In this document: piece by piece, positions 28,301 to 38,322 of the stretch | Layout of the letters: each line of letters opens with the position of its first letter | Numbering within the stretch: the stretch's first letter is position 1 | IMG/VR virus record: IMGVR_UViG_3300033508_000366 | Location: 13,460-77,459 of that record | DNA: 64,000 nucleotides | Direction: 5' to 3' (one strand) | From: a virus | Translations under genes and position numbers: made by a program | The notes under the pieces: generated by a model | Database searches by the model: none | What the model was told of the DNA's origin: nothing | The model's input: the letters and a program-made list of their open reading frames with translations, nothing else

Positions 28301-29975
28301 TTTTATTATCAACAACTCTTTTTAAATTAAAACCTGCCATACGAAACACATCCATATACGCTTGACCACTGTCAGTATCACCACTAACTTGAAAATAAAA
28401 ATCATTTGTTTCTAATGGTGCAACTGGATAACCACTATTATCATAAGGTAATGAATTAGTTGGAAAATCCTGTTGTTCCAATGCAACAGTATTGGGATTA
28501 ATTCTACCGTCAACGGTATATATATATTCAGTAATATTAATGAAAGGTTCTGGTATGCCAATCAATAAAAACATTGATTTAATTGCTTCACGAGTACCCT
28601 TAGATTTCCAGAAATAGCTGGTATTCATTAAAATTCTTCTCCAAAGCTCTACATCAATTTCTGCGGGAAGTAAATCTGTATTTAAGTTTCTTTCATTTTC
28701 ATCAATTGTTAAAAAGCTATCAACCAATTCATTCTCATTTACAAGTGAAAAATAATCCCAACCAAATGTTCTTGACATATTCATAATCAATTGGTCAGGT
28801 ATGTTATTTACTTTATCATATGTAACCTTATTAATATAAACTAAAGAATCAATGAACTCTCTCAATTGGTCGAATTCCATGCCATATATTCTTAATAGCT
28901 TGGTCATTTTACCTTCTTCGGTGAGGTCATATTGTTTAATGGATGCGGGTGTTAAGAATCTGGCAATTAAATCGGTTTTAATTTTATCATATTTTGCACC
29001 AATGGTTAGAATAATTTCTAAAAATCTTTGATAACTTGGTGTGTTAACATCTATATTATATTTATCACCCGTTGACCACAATAATTGAGAATCAGTATAT
29101 TCAATATTCCCATTATCTAATAGTGTTGGGTCTTTGAGCGTGAATTTAAAACCATCAATGCCGTCTCGCTGTGAAAGAATGTATTTTTCATAATCATCTA
29201 ATAGTGCCCTAAACTCTTCAAAAATAAAAGTATTTGGTCTTATATGAAAATCGGTGAACCCCGATGTGCTTCCAGTAACATATGAAAATGGATTCCCACG
29301 TACTTTAAGCAATAAACAATTATAATTATCTTTTGTTGGATTGGTTGTGTTTCCTGTATATCCAAGCACCGTACAATCATTAAGTTCAGGTGCTTGTGCT
29401 GACCAGACAATATAATCACCATGTGATTGGTTTAAATTTTTTAATTCCTTATTATCAGGAACACTTACATTTCCATAATTATAAACCAAACCAAACGTAT
29501 TAATAATACAGTTAAAATTTGCATTATATGGTATTTTAAATGTTGATGTGTTGGTTACAACGTTATATTCATAATCATAAAATGTTTTATTTCCACCTCG
29601 CTGTACTTGCGAACTCATGAAAAGACTTCCCGGGTAATTGGTGATTATCTTTTCAATTGTAACTCTTAAGAATTCATAAGCCGACCCAAACCTAATAAAA
29701 GTATTTAAGTCAGATTTATCAAGATTTAAAACAGCATTTGTTGTACGTAATTCAAGAATTTTTGATTGGGTTTTACTGATACCCATTGTTTCCAACGTAA
29801 CTGTGCGAACAAAAGAACTTAGAGTGTTCGAATAATCAATATATTTTCTACTATCGAAATTTGAAGTAACACTAAACCTACCAAAAGAAAATATTGTTTC
29901 AGATGCGGTGTTATTAAAAAACGTTCCATTTAAATTCTGGTCAAGATTATTATTTATAACTTTTACTTTTGCCAC
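25386..29975 (-). CDS. large baseplate/tail structural protein with C-terminal FN3-like domains
   Basis: 1529 aa. YFWKSKGTREAIKSMFLLIG is a baseplate-wedge-like motif. STLYYVRAYAVN and NTTYHVRAYARN are FN3 signatures. GTG start. Confidence 0.72.
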   Translation of the reverse strand: MAKVKVINNNLDQNLNGTFFNNTASETIFSFGRFSVTSNFDSRKYIDYSNTLSSFVRTVTLETMGISKTQSKILELRTTNAVLNLDKSDLNTFIRFGSAYEFLRVTIEKIITNYPGSLFMSSQVQRGGNKTFYDYEYNVVTNTSTFKIPYNANFNCIINTFGLVYNYGNVSVPDNKELKNLNQSHGDYIVWSAQAPELNDCTVLGYTGNTTNPTKDNYNCLLLKVRGNPFSYVTGSTSGFTDFHIRPNTFIFEEFRALLDDYEKYILSQRDGIDGFKFTLKDPTLLDNGNIEYTDSQLLWSTGDKYNIDVNTPSYQRFLEIILTIGAKYDKIKTDLIARFLTPASIKQYDLTEEGKMTKLLRIYGMEFDQLREFIDSLVYINKVTYDKVNNIPDQLIMNMSRTFGWDYFSLVNENELVDSFLTIDENERNLNTDLLPAEIDVELWRRILMNTSYFWKSKGTREAIKSMFLLIGIPEPFINITEYIYTVDGRINPNTVALEQQDFPTNSLPYDNSGYPVAPLETNDFYFQVSGDTDSGQAYMDVFRMAGFNLKRVVDNKKSWVLSGETIRVDDTTPQYFQADSRLVLNTKEVDVALDTARGIEYDVFNYIKYQDFVANSSGYTLPYSYVNISLGVSGAQSTFPLPVDYDSNKVLGDLEVRYNGILLNAPKTGLTTGITYQADYIIDETSKTFTLTGETAMYAHNNANRRDVIQATFVYSGGTQPVSGITVQYIVTRVKANSMGTAIPLPSYPRGDVQVTINGIALTKGTPQFAADYILDPANTTGSSRIIISNPDVITYLYSNPDVQVAYVEVVGSNDISARSEVVRVDSFNTGKIYFSSGANKYVYKLNYKANNASDLKVLIDGIALEPDMDYSINTQNKFEVFLPSGIRYGTIISVYYLVANNEYFTPVVANTFGVGDISNLSFLEFIELIQRRMINARTRKTIGDFKGGYYPALLNVYIQYLKRGLLPNGDPLQSNGYTFQNLYSFLSKYNAFFQRFVDQLLSATIIIKQGGLLVRNTVFTKQKFMYKRGVNVPSNNRILLQYFGDSGSQFLVDQNYYEPAPPSAVIPTLTTGNPQSVGQTSSIIFNNNVISDGGSFVTERGVVYSTSPNPLYSGNKTSDGIGTGLYTSTLNLLMPSTLYYVRAYAVNGVGLAYGNEKLFTTQAVPVVPILETKPHTSVTTTSILGTGGQGISPSGIWLTIDYYFMEYKETTSGTWLQTSPSAGFIMVNNFTQNISGLDSNTPYNYRAVMVIDGISYYGNVLTVYTAAITLVAPTVTTAVVTSITPTGATGGGEVTSAGTSAITERGIVWSMTVNPTTGNTKVVAAGTTGSFTSPITGLAPNTTYHVRAYARNAQGLISYGVDRTFTTTSNPVEVFFSSVVGEQARMSADNLNSQVLSITFSYTLDANCDAVYPETYSSGYANISISLNGGSTWTTIDSVYIECNGADSSNSDTVVGTYVVNGITAANIGLIRFSGDYRCSSTFDGASGGVMIIISSVVANVGTANVKCNNKFSIGCYSTGDLSCTI

Positions 29976-29992
29976 AGGTTTAATATTTTAAT

Positions 29993-30000
29993 ATAAATAC
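29993..30000 (-). promoter_or_regulatory. putative late-promoter motif GTATTTAT
   Basis: 17 nt upstream of the start at 29975. Confidence 0.6.
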
Positions 30001-30009
30001 ACTAAAAAG

Positions 30010-30040
30010 AAAAATCCCAATACTTTACATCGGGATTTTT
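30010..30040 (-). terminator. intrinsic terminator hairpin
   Basis: AAAAATCCC ... GGGATTTTT. Confidence 0.55.
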
Positions 30041-30066
30041 TAATACTAGTATTTTTGAAACAATAA

Positions 30067-30969
30067 TTATTGAATTTCATCAATAACTGTCTCAAAATCT
30101 TGTGATTCGTCAATATTATCTCTTTTTTCTTTCACCTCATACAATGGAACATCAGTAACATCATCTTTTATTTCAAATAGGTTAAACTGTTTGGTAATTA
30201 CTCTATCTTTATCATAATATGTTAAAATACCATTTCTAACATCTTTAACTTGTTCTCCAGCAACAATATCAGATAATGTATCAATTGTATTTCCAACTAA
30301 ATCGACTTCAACAACAAGGGGTGAAAAATATGTGTTAGACAATAGTATGGTTTGACCTATATTACCAATAAATGGGAGTGCATTTGGTTTAACATCAGAT
30401 GAACTACTTGGAGTTAATTGTAAAAAAATTAATGTTCCTGAATCATCGAATCTATATCTAATTGCTTTTTGACTCGTATTTCCCACATTTTCACTAACTG
30501 GAACGACTTTATTTGAAGTGACGACATACCTAACAGTATTTCTTAGCTTTGTACCGTCAGCATTTATATATTCAATCCTATATCCCTGCATTGCATTATT
30601 TCCCCTCAATCCTTCTGGAAGGGTATTCATATCAACAACAATTCCCTTTACCGTTGGAAGTGCCGATAATACACTACAATCCACAACGACTGTGGTAATG
30701 GTTTTTGGTTTAATATAAATCGTGTAAATACCCAATTGATTAAATGTTGCAGCAGGGAGTTTTAAATTGTATAATCCTTCCAAAAGATTCTCCTGACCAA
30801 CTGTTTGTTCATCTATCGGTAATCGACAATACTCTAATAAATCAAGTGGATTTAATTGGTATATAATATTATTATTATCATTTCTATCCGACATATAATT
30901 ATAATACATTTCAATGTCCGTAATATTTACATCAGCACTACGAACCACACCATAAGTTCCAATCGCCAT
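30067..30969 (-). CDS. putative virion structural protein
   Basis: 300 aa, beta-rich, in the baseplate operon. Confidence 0.6.
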   Translation of the reverse strand: MAIGTYGVVRSADVNITDIEMYYNYMSDRNDNNNIIYQLNPLDLLEYCRLPIDEQTVGQENLLEGLYNLKLPAATFNQLGIYTIYIKPKTITTVVVDCSVLSALPTVKGIVVDMNTLPEGLRGNNAMQGYRIEYINADGTKLRNTVRYVVTSNKVVPVSENVGNTSQKAIRYRFDDSGTLIFLQLTPSSSSDVKPNALPFIGNIGQTILLSNTYFSPLVVEVDLVGNTIDTLSDIVAGEQVKDVRNGILTYYDKDRVITKQFNLFEIKDDVTDVPLYEVKEKRDNIDESQDFETVIDEIQ

Positions 30970-30993
30970 AATTTTATATTTTACTTATTTCTT

Positions 30994-31731
30994 CTACGCA
31001 TTATTTATTATGTTAAAAAATTTACCACCAGCATATGTTAATAAATCGTTCAAATTTTTTATATATTCGAGCTTATAATTTTTATCAAATGCTGATAATT
31101 CTTGTCTTACTATAAATACATCATCAACAATTTTTGGATTACTGATGATATTATCTTTTTTAGGGTCTTTATATATTGGTAGATTAATAAAATCAAGACT
31201 ATTCGTTCCTTGTGCAGTGAAGCTAAATGTAGTGCCAGAAGTGTCACCAGTAGTAACATCCACATATCTAATACCACCAATAAAATAGGTTATGATTTCA
31301 GGTGGATTTGAATTAAAAACATCAACACCATCTATGACATAAGTACCACCTGTTATATATTGGTTAGCAAATACTGTGGTGATGGTATATTTGCGCAATT
31401 CGCTTAATCTACTTGTTGATGACCCAGTAACAACAAGTGAGGCATTTCCATTATTTATTGTACCTGAAACAATGCCAGTTGATGTTGCAAAATCTAAATC
31501 ATCATATGTAGTACCTCCAGTTAAATATGAATAAAATTTATCGTTTATGACTATATGTTGATAACCACCAGTCATGGTATATGCATCAAAAAATCCAATA
31601 TCCTTTTGTATTCCAAATAGTTTAATCTTGATGTTATATGTTACACCAGTATTACCAGTAATAATAATATCACCAGTTACTGTTGTTCCAGTGGTTAATG
31701 CCTGTAATATCGTTTTTTTAATAATTTCCAT
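30994..31731 (-). CDS. putative virion structural protein (Thr/Gly-rich)
   Basis: 245 aa with TG-rich composition, coupled to the baseplate wedge gene. Confidence 0.6.
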   Translation of the reverse strand: MEIIKKTILQALTTGTTVTGDIIITGNTGVTYNIKIKLFGIQKDIGFFDAYTMTGGYQHIVINDKFYSYLTGGTTYDDLDFATSTGIVSGTINNGNASLVVTGSSTSRLSELRKYTITTVFANQYITGGTYVIDGVDVFNSNPPEIITYFIGGIRYVDVTTGDTSGTTFSFTAQGTNSLDFINLPIYKDPKKDNIISNPKIVDDVFIVRQELSAFDKNYKLEYIKNLNDLLTYAGGKFFNIINNA

Positions 31732-33578
31732 TAACTAACTTTCTTTCTTAAAAACACTCTAATGTCCTTTTCTGGGTATTTGATTTCAAACATTGAATCT
31801 TCTGTTGAATAAACGGTGTTATTAATAATTGTTATTTCGCCTGTGCTTGTATTGGCTATGGCTTGTGAAACCACATTGGTTGAATAATTACCACCAACTT
31901 TATTATATACTTTAATACTAATAATATTTACAACTCCATTTGCATTTAATATTTCTTTTTGTAATCTACCAAGAAAAATATCTCGATTCATTTCGTGGGT
32001 ATTAATATCAAAATAATTTCGAACAATATTTATAATACTATTTGCGATTTGATTATCCGCAATGTTTTCAACATATACATCAATATCAAACGCCAAATTA
32101 AATATTTTACCATCTTTAACTTCAATATAATCGTTTATCATTCTATATTGGCTAAGATATTCTGCAATATTTTCTTTTAATATTGTATTACTTGAATTAT
32201 TTAGTTTTCCATCTGCACCAATATCAATAATAGGAATAACTATTTTATTGTTTAATTTAAGTACGTTGGCACGGTAGGGTGAACCGAACTTCCCGGGCAT
32301 CTTATATACTTGCATCAAATAATCCGTCAATGTAACGTCTCTATATTGTGAAGAAAAATTATATTTAATTAATTGTCTGATTTGTTCAACACTTAAGCCA
32401 TCGTTACCACCAATTGCTGGAATCGGATTTGAAACCTTTAGACTTCTAACAACATTTTGATTATAATCTTGACGTGAACCATTGGCAGTTAATTTATAAC
32501 TCCCCAATTGAGTTAAGATTCTTGCACCAACATTTGAATTAGCACCACCACCAGTACGATATTTAATAAATAATGTATAGTTAGCTTTTAATTTTTCACC
32601 CAACGCAGTATTATTTAAAAAGTTTTCAAGGAAATATTTGTTACTTACCCCTTCTTTAAGAAAACCATCTTTAAACGCATTAACATCTGCATCCCCAGAA
32701 CCAAAAGTTATTTTACAATAACCATTTGGCGTATATTCTTTAATAAATTTTTTTGTAACATCAAGCCATGCACCAGCTACAATTCCATTTGTATTGTTAT
32801 TTGATTGTGATGACTGACTATTTTCAAAGAAAATTCGTTGTTGTGCAAGAAAATCTACTTCATAATAACGTTCACCCAATTTTAAATAATCATCAGACGT
32901 TGGATTCGAACCCCAATTAGTGCCTTGCATTAAATATATACTCTCTATTTCAAGAATATTTGCATCAGGTAGTGTTATAGTAAAAAATGGAACTACATCA
33001 TTACTTGATATTATTCTTTTATATATGTTCGATGTTCCATTAAAAACAACCTCTCTCTTCGTAATCGAATAACTAACAACCACACCATTTGAATCAAGAT
33101 TAGGAATTATTGAACGATTCACATCACCAAGACTACTATACGGTGAACTCCATTGAATATCATTTTTAGTTTCAAACGTTTTTCCACCACCAACAACTTG
33201 TGCACCAGCATTTAATGTTGGATAATAACTTGCATCAGGTCTATCACCAAGAACTGGAATGAGAACGGTAAAATCAACTACAGTAACACTCGGTCTTTTT
33301 GCTGGAATATTAAATCCCATGTTTTTAGCAATATTCAGTATTGATGATTTTTGTTGAGCATATTCGAGTTGCGTTTCTTGAAATACTCTATCAGTATTAA
33401 TTGCTAAGTTATTAGCGACACCAGCATTCAAATCAATAAGCATTGCACCTACACTTGAATCGGTGAAGTCGCTAAGAACTTCGGGATATGTTTGTTTAAT
33501 TAATGTAATTAAGTCTGTCCTAATCTCTCCGAAGGTTCTACTACCGTATCTTATTACGTTTGTTGTTTCTGTTGCCAT
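31731..33578 (-). CDS. baseplate wedge protein (T4 gp6/Baseplate J-like)
   Basis: RTFGEIRTDLITLIKQTYPEVLSDFTDSSVGAMLIDL...SILNIAKNMGF; YRTGGG; GGND...VTLTDY. Confidence 0.85.
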   Translation of the reverse strand: MATETTNVIRYGSRTFGEIRTDLITLIKQTYPEVLSDFTDSSVGAMLIDLNAGVANNLAINTDRVFQETQLEYAQQKSSILNIAKNMGFNIPAKRPSVTVVDFTVLIPVLGDRPDASYYPTLNAGAQVVGGGKTFETKNDIQWSSPYSSLGDVNRSIIPNLDSNGVVVSYSITKREVVFNGTSNIYKRIISSNDVVPFFTITLPDANILEIESIYLMQGTNWGSNPTSDDYLKLGERYYEVDFLAQQRIFFENSQSSQSNNNTNGIVAGAWLDVTKKFIKEYTPNGYCKITFGSGDADVNAFKDGFLKEGVSNKYFLENFLNNTALGEKLKANYTLFIKYRTGGGANSNVGARILTQLGSYKLTANGSRQDYNQNVVRSLKVSNPIPAIGGNDGLSVEQIRQLIKYNFSSQYRDVTLTDYLMQVYKMPGKFGSPYRANVLKLNNKIVIPIIDIGADGKLNNSSNTILKENIAEYLSQYRMINDYIEVKDGKIFNLAFDIDVYVENIADNQIANSIINIVRNYFDINTHEMNRDIFLGRLQKEILNANGVVNIISIKVYNKVGGNYSTNVVSQAIANTSTGEITIINNTVYSTEDSMFEIKYPEKDIRVFLRKKVS

Positions 33579-33590
33579 ATTTTATTTTAA

Positions 33591-33989
33591 TTAAAAACTT
33601 AAATCTAATTCACCACTTTCACTAAACATATCTTCACTATAACTGAATTTAATATTAACATTCAATTGTGTTTCTGGAATTGGTTCTCCATTATCATCAG
33701 TATTCCAATTAAATGTGACTTTATCTATTGTAAGTGCGGGAATATAAAGTGAAACTATTCTTTTAATCTCCTGTTCCACATCAATAGCAGTTAAGCTATC
33801 ATTTGGTTCAAATATATATTTTAAAAGATTTGTACCATAATCTGGTTCATAATATCTTTCACCTCTTTGAGTCAATAATAAAAGAATTAAGTTAGAACTA
33901 AACGCATCTTTAGTCACTCTACTTAATTCGAAAAAAGTATTTGTACTAACATCATCACGAAGTGGAAATTTAATATTATATGAAACCAT
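33591..33989 (-). CDS. baseplate protein gp25-like
   Basis: NLILLLLTQRGERYYEPDYGTNLLKYIFEP. Confidence 0.9.
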   Translation of the reverse strand: MVSYNIKFPLRDDVSTNTFFELSRVTKDAFSSNLILLLLTQRGERYYEPDYGTNLLKYIFEPNDSLTAIDVEQEIKRIVSLYIPALTIDKVTFNWNTDDNGEPIPETQLNVNIKFSYSEDMFSESGELDLSF

Positions 33990-34005
33990 TATAATAGATT
34001 TTTCT

Positions 34006-34013
34006 ATAAATAC
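34006..34013 (-). promoter_or_regulatory. putative late-promoter motif GTATTTAT
   Basis: 16 nt upstream of the gp25-like start. Confidence 0.6.
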
Positions 34014-34026
34014 TTATAAACAAAAA

Positions 34027-34052
34027 AATCCCGACAATTAATTGTCAGGATT
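34027..34052 (-). terminator. intrinsic terminator hairpin
   Basis: On the minus strand AATCCTGACAAT/ATTGTCGGGATT followed by a U-run. Confidence 0.6.
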
Positions 34053-34079
34053 GTTCTTTATTAAATCAAAATCGTAATA

Positions 34080-34553
34080 TTATGACTCAAAAACACTTTT
34101 CTTACGTCCCCTCTTACCTTTTGTTGCAGCCTTTTCCTCATCTTCCTTCTGTTTTTGTGCGTCATACAGTGTTTTAACGGACTCATGTAATACAACTACA
34201 GGAGTGTCACCATATTTTTTTTGTACCCCAGTATAAGTACAAAAATCTGGCTTTTCAAGAGAAACTGTATCGGTTTCACTAATCTGAACACCAGCAAGGC
34301 ATTCATCAATTGCCATTTTCTGTAAATCTTCGGGCAGTTCATTAAATATGTTCTCGTTAATAACCACTGCAAAGTTAATACCTTCAGTAAGTACTTGAAC
34401 AAGGTCATTCGATTTAACGATTTTACAAACCTCACCCTTTTGCTTGTTGTTACACAACACTTTAAACTCAACCCATTGCGGAATACTGGTTGTGTTCCGC
34501 ACTTCATCAAATAATTTCACAATGTCCTCGGACGCTTCTTCAAATTTTGCCAT
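34080..34553 (-). CDS. putative phage metallopeptidase-like protein lacking HExxH
   Basis: FAVVINENIFNELPEDLQKMAIDECLAGV...KPDFCTYTGVQKKYG parallels the phage metallopeptidase pattern but has no His ligands. Confidence 0.45.
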   Translation of the reverse strand: MAKFEEASEDIVKLFDEVRNTTSIPQWVEFKVLCNNKQKGEVCKIVKSNDLVQVLTEGINFAVVINENIFNELPEDLQKMAIDECLAGVQISETDTVSLEKPDFCTYTGVQKKYGDTPVVVLHESVKTLYDAQKQKEDEEKAATKGKRGRKKSVFES

Positions 34554-34565
34554 AAATAATTGTTT

Positions 34566-35012
34566 TTAATTGTTAATAATAGAATTATATTTAGATATAA
34601 TATCATCGATTTTTTGCGATAATTCACCATACATTGGGTCTTCATCATCCAATTCTTTTTCGAACTTAGCTTCTAACTCATCAATGAATGAAAACATATC
34701 ATCGGTACTCAATTTTACCATTTCTTCAATTTCAATCAGTGTTGCCAATTGTTGATTAATAATATCTTGTTTTTTAATATCTGCCATTTTCTTTTCATAG
34801 TCAGAATTAAGTGATGCTGCCTCTTCTTCTGTGACGGTTTTTACACCAGATTCTTCAAGTCTTTTTCTAATATTAGTACCAGCAGAACCAGCACCAGTGG
34901 GTGCAATAATGCTTGTAAGTTTATCGATTTCAAGTATTTTTTTTGCTGCCTCGGAATTGAAATCACCTTCTTCAACAGATTTTTTAAGATTCTCCAAAAA
35001 ATTTGATGCCAT
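34566..35012 (-). CDS. hypothetical acidic helical protein
   Basis: 148 aa ORF. Confidence 0.6.
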   Translation of the reverse strand: MASNFLENLKKSVEEGDFNSEAAKKILEIDKLTSIIAPTGAGSAGTNIRKRLEESGVKTVTEEEAASLNSDYEKKMADIKKQDIINQQLATLIEIEEMVKLSTDDMFSFIDELEAKFEKELDDEDPMYGELSQKIDDIISKYNSIINN

Positions 35013-35025
35013 ATTGTTTTAATTT

Positions 35026-35934
35026 TTAATGTGCACCCATTATTTGCATTTCAATTCCATCGAATTTAAACACTTCATGAGTGTCGTTATATTTTATTCT
35101 TTTAATAAATTTATTTACTCCAAACCCCATCATTTGACCATATTCGTCACGTATGAAAACTTCTTTAACATCAGTAATTTCATTAAAAATATCAGACTCT
35201 TCATCCAGTTCATTTGTTTTGAACTTCAAAGGTACGAAAAATTCTAATTGTCTGAACTCAAAACCAATTTTTTTTATGTGTAAAAATTCTGTAAGTTCTT
35301 CAATCTTATTTATTATCTCAGTATTTTGATGTACAGCAGTAATTGGGAATTGAAATTGTTTCGACTTCTTTTCAATATCCAGTACCACGTATTCATCATC
35401 AGTACCTTCTTTCTTTTCAACCACATCCATAACTTTTGCCAAACCAACTTCAATTGGTTTATTATTAAATATATACATGATTTCCAAATCATCGTCCTTG
35501 GTTCGTCTTTCCTCAAATTCCAATCCAAGCACTTCACCAATTGTTTTACCACTATGTTTATGTTTATCATCAAAGAATCCATAATGTTCATAACGTCTTC
35601 CATGTGGGTCTTTCATACCGTAGCTTGTGCCATATTTATCGGCAGCAACTGCCATTTGATGTGGAGTTGCTGTTCGGATAAACTTGTCGGCTTTTTTTAA
35701 CACCTCATAATAGTCCTTAACATACTTTTCATCAGTTTGACCCGCATAAAATTTTTCAAGTAATTGATTACGGCTACGCATTCTTTGCGTATGATTATTT
35801 CTTTCACCCAAATTATTGGGGTCTGCTTTGAGAATCTCAACCTCAGTATTGTATAACGCAATACCAATAGCAATCATCATTGCATGAATTCTAAGATAAG
35901 TCCAGAGAAGTATGTTTTGGAAGAATTTTTTCAT
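35026..35934 (-). CDS. hypothetical protein
   Basis: 302 aa ORF in operon spacing. Confidence 0.65.
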   Translation of the reverse strand: MKKFFQNILLWTYLRIHAMMIAIGIALYNTEVEILKADPNNLGERNNHTQRMRSRNQLLEKFYAGQTDEKYVKDYYEVLKKADKFIRTATPHQMAVAADKYGTSYGMKDPHGRRYEHYGFFDDKHKHSGKTIGEVLGLEFEERRTKDDDLEIMYIFNNKPIEVGLAKVMDVVEKKEGTDDEYVVLDIEKKSKQFQFPITAVHQNTEIINKIEELTEFLHIKKIGFEFRQLEFFVPLKFKTNELDEESDIFNEITDVKEVFIRDEYGQMMGFGVNKFIKRIKYNDTHEVFKFDGIEMQIMGAH

Positions 35935-35936
35935 GA

Positions 35937-36839
35937 TTATCGAATAGTTTGTACCCTTTTATTTAACTTAGTCGCATTATATAATGCCAAGACATGCTTA
36001 TCATCCAAATCTCTAAAATTACATTGAAAATCATTAAATTCAATGATTTTCAATCTTTCTTTCATATTCTGAATAATTATCTCAGCACGGCTTTTTTTAG
36101 CTACACCCCACTTGTAATTAAACCCATTTTTAAGATTTTTAAAAAATTCAATAATAAATATTTTTCTTTTAGGTGCACCATTTTTTTCATCATAATTTTT
36201 ATAAAATTCATCTATTTCATTTGTTTTATATAATATTTGATTTGCCATAATATTGACAATGCGTTCATTGGCAACAGATGCAATATCTTTACTAAATTCT
36301 TCCTCATCATCACGATGTCGAACATTAAACTTAAATGCTCTGGCGATTTCCTTTTCTTTTTCTATTACGAGTTTTTCAAAATCCGAATCATGTGTCATTA
36401 CTATTTTTTCATTTTCAATAACACTTATCGCCCATTTTTCTTTAGCAGTTAGTTTGGGTGAAGTAATATCAAAGTCTAATTGCTTATGAAATCCATGATA
36501 TTTTGACAATATTTTGATAACAATGTTAATTATATATTCAGTAACAACTTTTTTACTTCGATTAGGCTCTCTTGACACAACTTCATTAAACACATTGTAT
36601 TTCAACCTAATAAATCCCATTCTGAATAAATCTAAAAAACTTTTCTTTTTATTACGTCTTAATTTAGTATATCGATGAATAAGATTGGAATTATACAGTA
36701 TTTTAGCATATTTCTCTATAAGCAAATCGTTCCCCTGTACACTTTTTTGTGAATTATTGTTAATGATATTACTAATACTAAGATATATTTTACGATATTC
36801 GTAGCCTGACAACTGGCTGATTAATGCATGTTTTTTCAT
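35937..36839 (-). CDS. hypothetical basic protein
   Basis: 300 aa ORF, Lys/Asn/Ile-rich; no motif recognised. Confidence 0.55.
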   Translation of the reverse strand: MKKHALISQLSGYEYRKIYLSISNIINNNSQKSVQGNDLLIEKYAKILYNSNLIHRYTKLRRNKKKSFLDLFRMGFIRLKYNVFNEVVSREPNRSKKVVTEYIINIVIKILSKYHGFHKQLDFDITSPKLTAKEKWAISVIENEKIVMTHDSDFEKLVIEKEKEIARAFKFNVRHRDDEEEFSKDIASVANERIVNIMANQILYKTNEIDEFYKNYDEKNGAPKRKIFIIEFFKNLKNGFNYKWGVAKKSRAEIIIQNMKERLKIIEFNDFQCNFRDLDDKHVLALYNATKLNKRVQTIR

Positions 36840-36849
36840 ATTTAAATGT

Positions 36850-38232
36850 TTATACTAACTCTAATGTTTTTGCAACGGCTGCTTTATAAAATTCAGCACG
36901 TTTTTTTGTTACTTCAGCCAAATTGTAATTAACCTTGAAGTCTTCGTATAGCTGCTCACCAAGTTTTTTACGTAAATCAGCATCCAATATTAACTTCTTC
37001 AAGTATTTCTTCCAATACTTATGAGCATTTTTTTCAGCTGGAATAAGTACACAGTTTTCCATATGCTTACCATGAACATTGTATGGTGGAATATCACTAC
37101 ACACGATTGGCAATTTACGTGTCCAGCACTCGACCTGCTTCAAGTTCGACTTCATTTTATTAAATTCATTGTCTGCGAGTGGTGCAATAACAATATCAGT
37201 TTCGTCTAATACACTGGCATACATATTAGCCTTTTGTGTCCAACGTCTTCCAAAATTACCCTCATTTTCGTACTTAACGTTTCTTTCAAAATTCATTAAC
37301 CACTGAAGATAATCTGAATCCTGAATTAATTTATGATTATCTGTTAGAATTTTTTCATATACAAGATATACACTTTCCTGCGATTTAATATCTCTTTGTT
37401 GACTACTAAAAATTTTACCCCTGTACTTGTCTTTCAATTCTTGTGATATCTCAGGTATTTGGTCAACATCACCTCTGGATTTATTAATTGCTTTAACTAC
37501 ATCATGTGTCCATAAACCCCTTTTCTGAAGTTCTGCACTAAATTCCTGATTAAACGTAATATCAGTAGTGCTTCCTTCTGTATCCCAACCAGCAATTGTT
37601 ATTTTAAATTTACCTTTAGTGTTTGTATCGGTGTTCAATACATTAATAACCCCTTCAAGCTGTTGAACGTCACCCATGTGAGAACTACCAGCCATATATG
37701 TGATTCGAACCAATCCGTCTGGGTCTGGCTTCCAATTGTTTTGAAATTGTTTCATCCAAGTAGGGTCAACACTGTTATAGAAAACACCAACATTATCTTT
37801 ACCAGTTACTTTGCGAATCTGTTCTGCAAATAAATCGGTGGTGGTGGTTACATAATCAGCAATTTTAAGGTTCTCAATTATTGGAATATGTAATTTTCTT
37901 TCTAAACTCATTTGATAAAATGGATGATGTTTAGGTAGCACCCAATAGTCATCAATATCAACAATCAATATTGTTCCAGACTTTCTTAACTCCTGCGCCA
38001 GTTTTAGCATCTGTCTTATATCACCCAAGAACTGACGATGATAATGAATAATGTGAAATGTTTTGAGATAATCAATAATGTTTGGGTCATTAAAATCTAA
38101 TTGTGGATTAATTTCCACAAAAAACTCATCACCGTGATTTCTTTCCAGTTCTTGTGCTGGTGTTAATGTTCTGAAATAATTTACTCCAGCTCCATCCAAA
38201 TTATAAAATAAAATCCTAATTTTTCCTTCCAT
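36850..38232 (-). CDS. GT-B fold glycosyltransferase (GT4-like)
   Basis: IVDIDDYW, ADYVTTTTDLFA, DIVIAPLADNEFNKMKSNLKQVE, LPIVCSDIPPY. Confidence 0.85.
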   Translation of the reverse strand: MEGKIRILFYNLDGAGVNYFRTLTPAQELERNHGDEFFVEINPQLDFNDPNIIDYLKTFHIIHYHRQFLGDIRQMLKLAQELRKSGTILIVDIDDYWVLPKHHPFYQMSLERKLHIPIIENLKIADYVTTTTDLFAEQIRKVTGKDNVGVFYNSVDPTWMKQFQNNWKPDPDGLVRITYMAGSSHMGDVQQLEGVINVLNTDTNTKGKFKITIAGWDTEGSTTDITFNQEFSAELQKRGLWTHDVVKAINKSRGDVDQIPEISQELKDKYRGKIFSSQQRDIKSQESVYLVYEKILTDNHKLIQDSDYLQWLMNFERNVKYENEGNFGRRWTQKANMYASVLDETDIVIAPLADNEFNKMKSNLKQVECWTRKLPIVCSDIPPYNVHGKHMENCVLIPAEKNAHKYWKKYLKKLILDADLRKKLGEQLYEDFKVNYNLAEVTKKRAEFYKAAVAKTLELV

Positions 38233-38271
38233 ATCGTGCTTATAAAATATTATAAAATAATGTAATTTATT

Positions 38272-38279
38272 ATAAATAC
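38272..38279 (-). promoter_or_regulatory. putative late-promoter motif GTATTTAT
   Basis: 39 nt upstream of the glycosyltransferase start. Confidence 0.5.
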
Positions 38280-38322
38280 GTAAAAATAATCTAAAAAGAT
38301 TAAAGATGAAAGGGTTTTTAAA

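Noticed and set aside
35937-36839. Possible mobile endonuclease identity for the basic 300-aa ORF
   Set aside because: No GIY-YIG, HNH, LAGLIDADG or PD-(D/E)xK motif could be identified; left as hypothetical.
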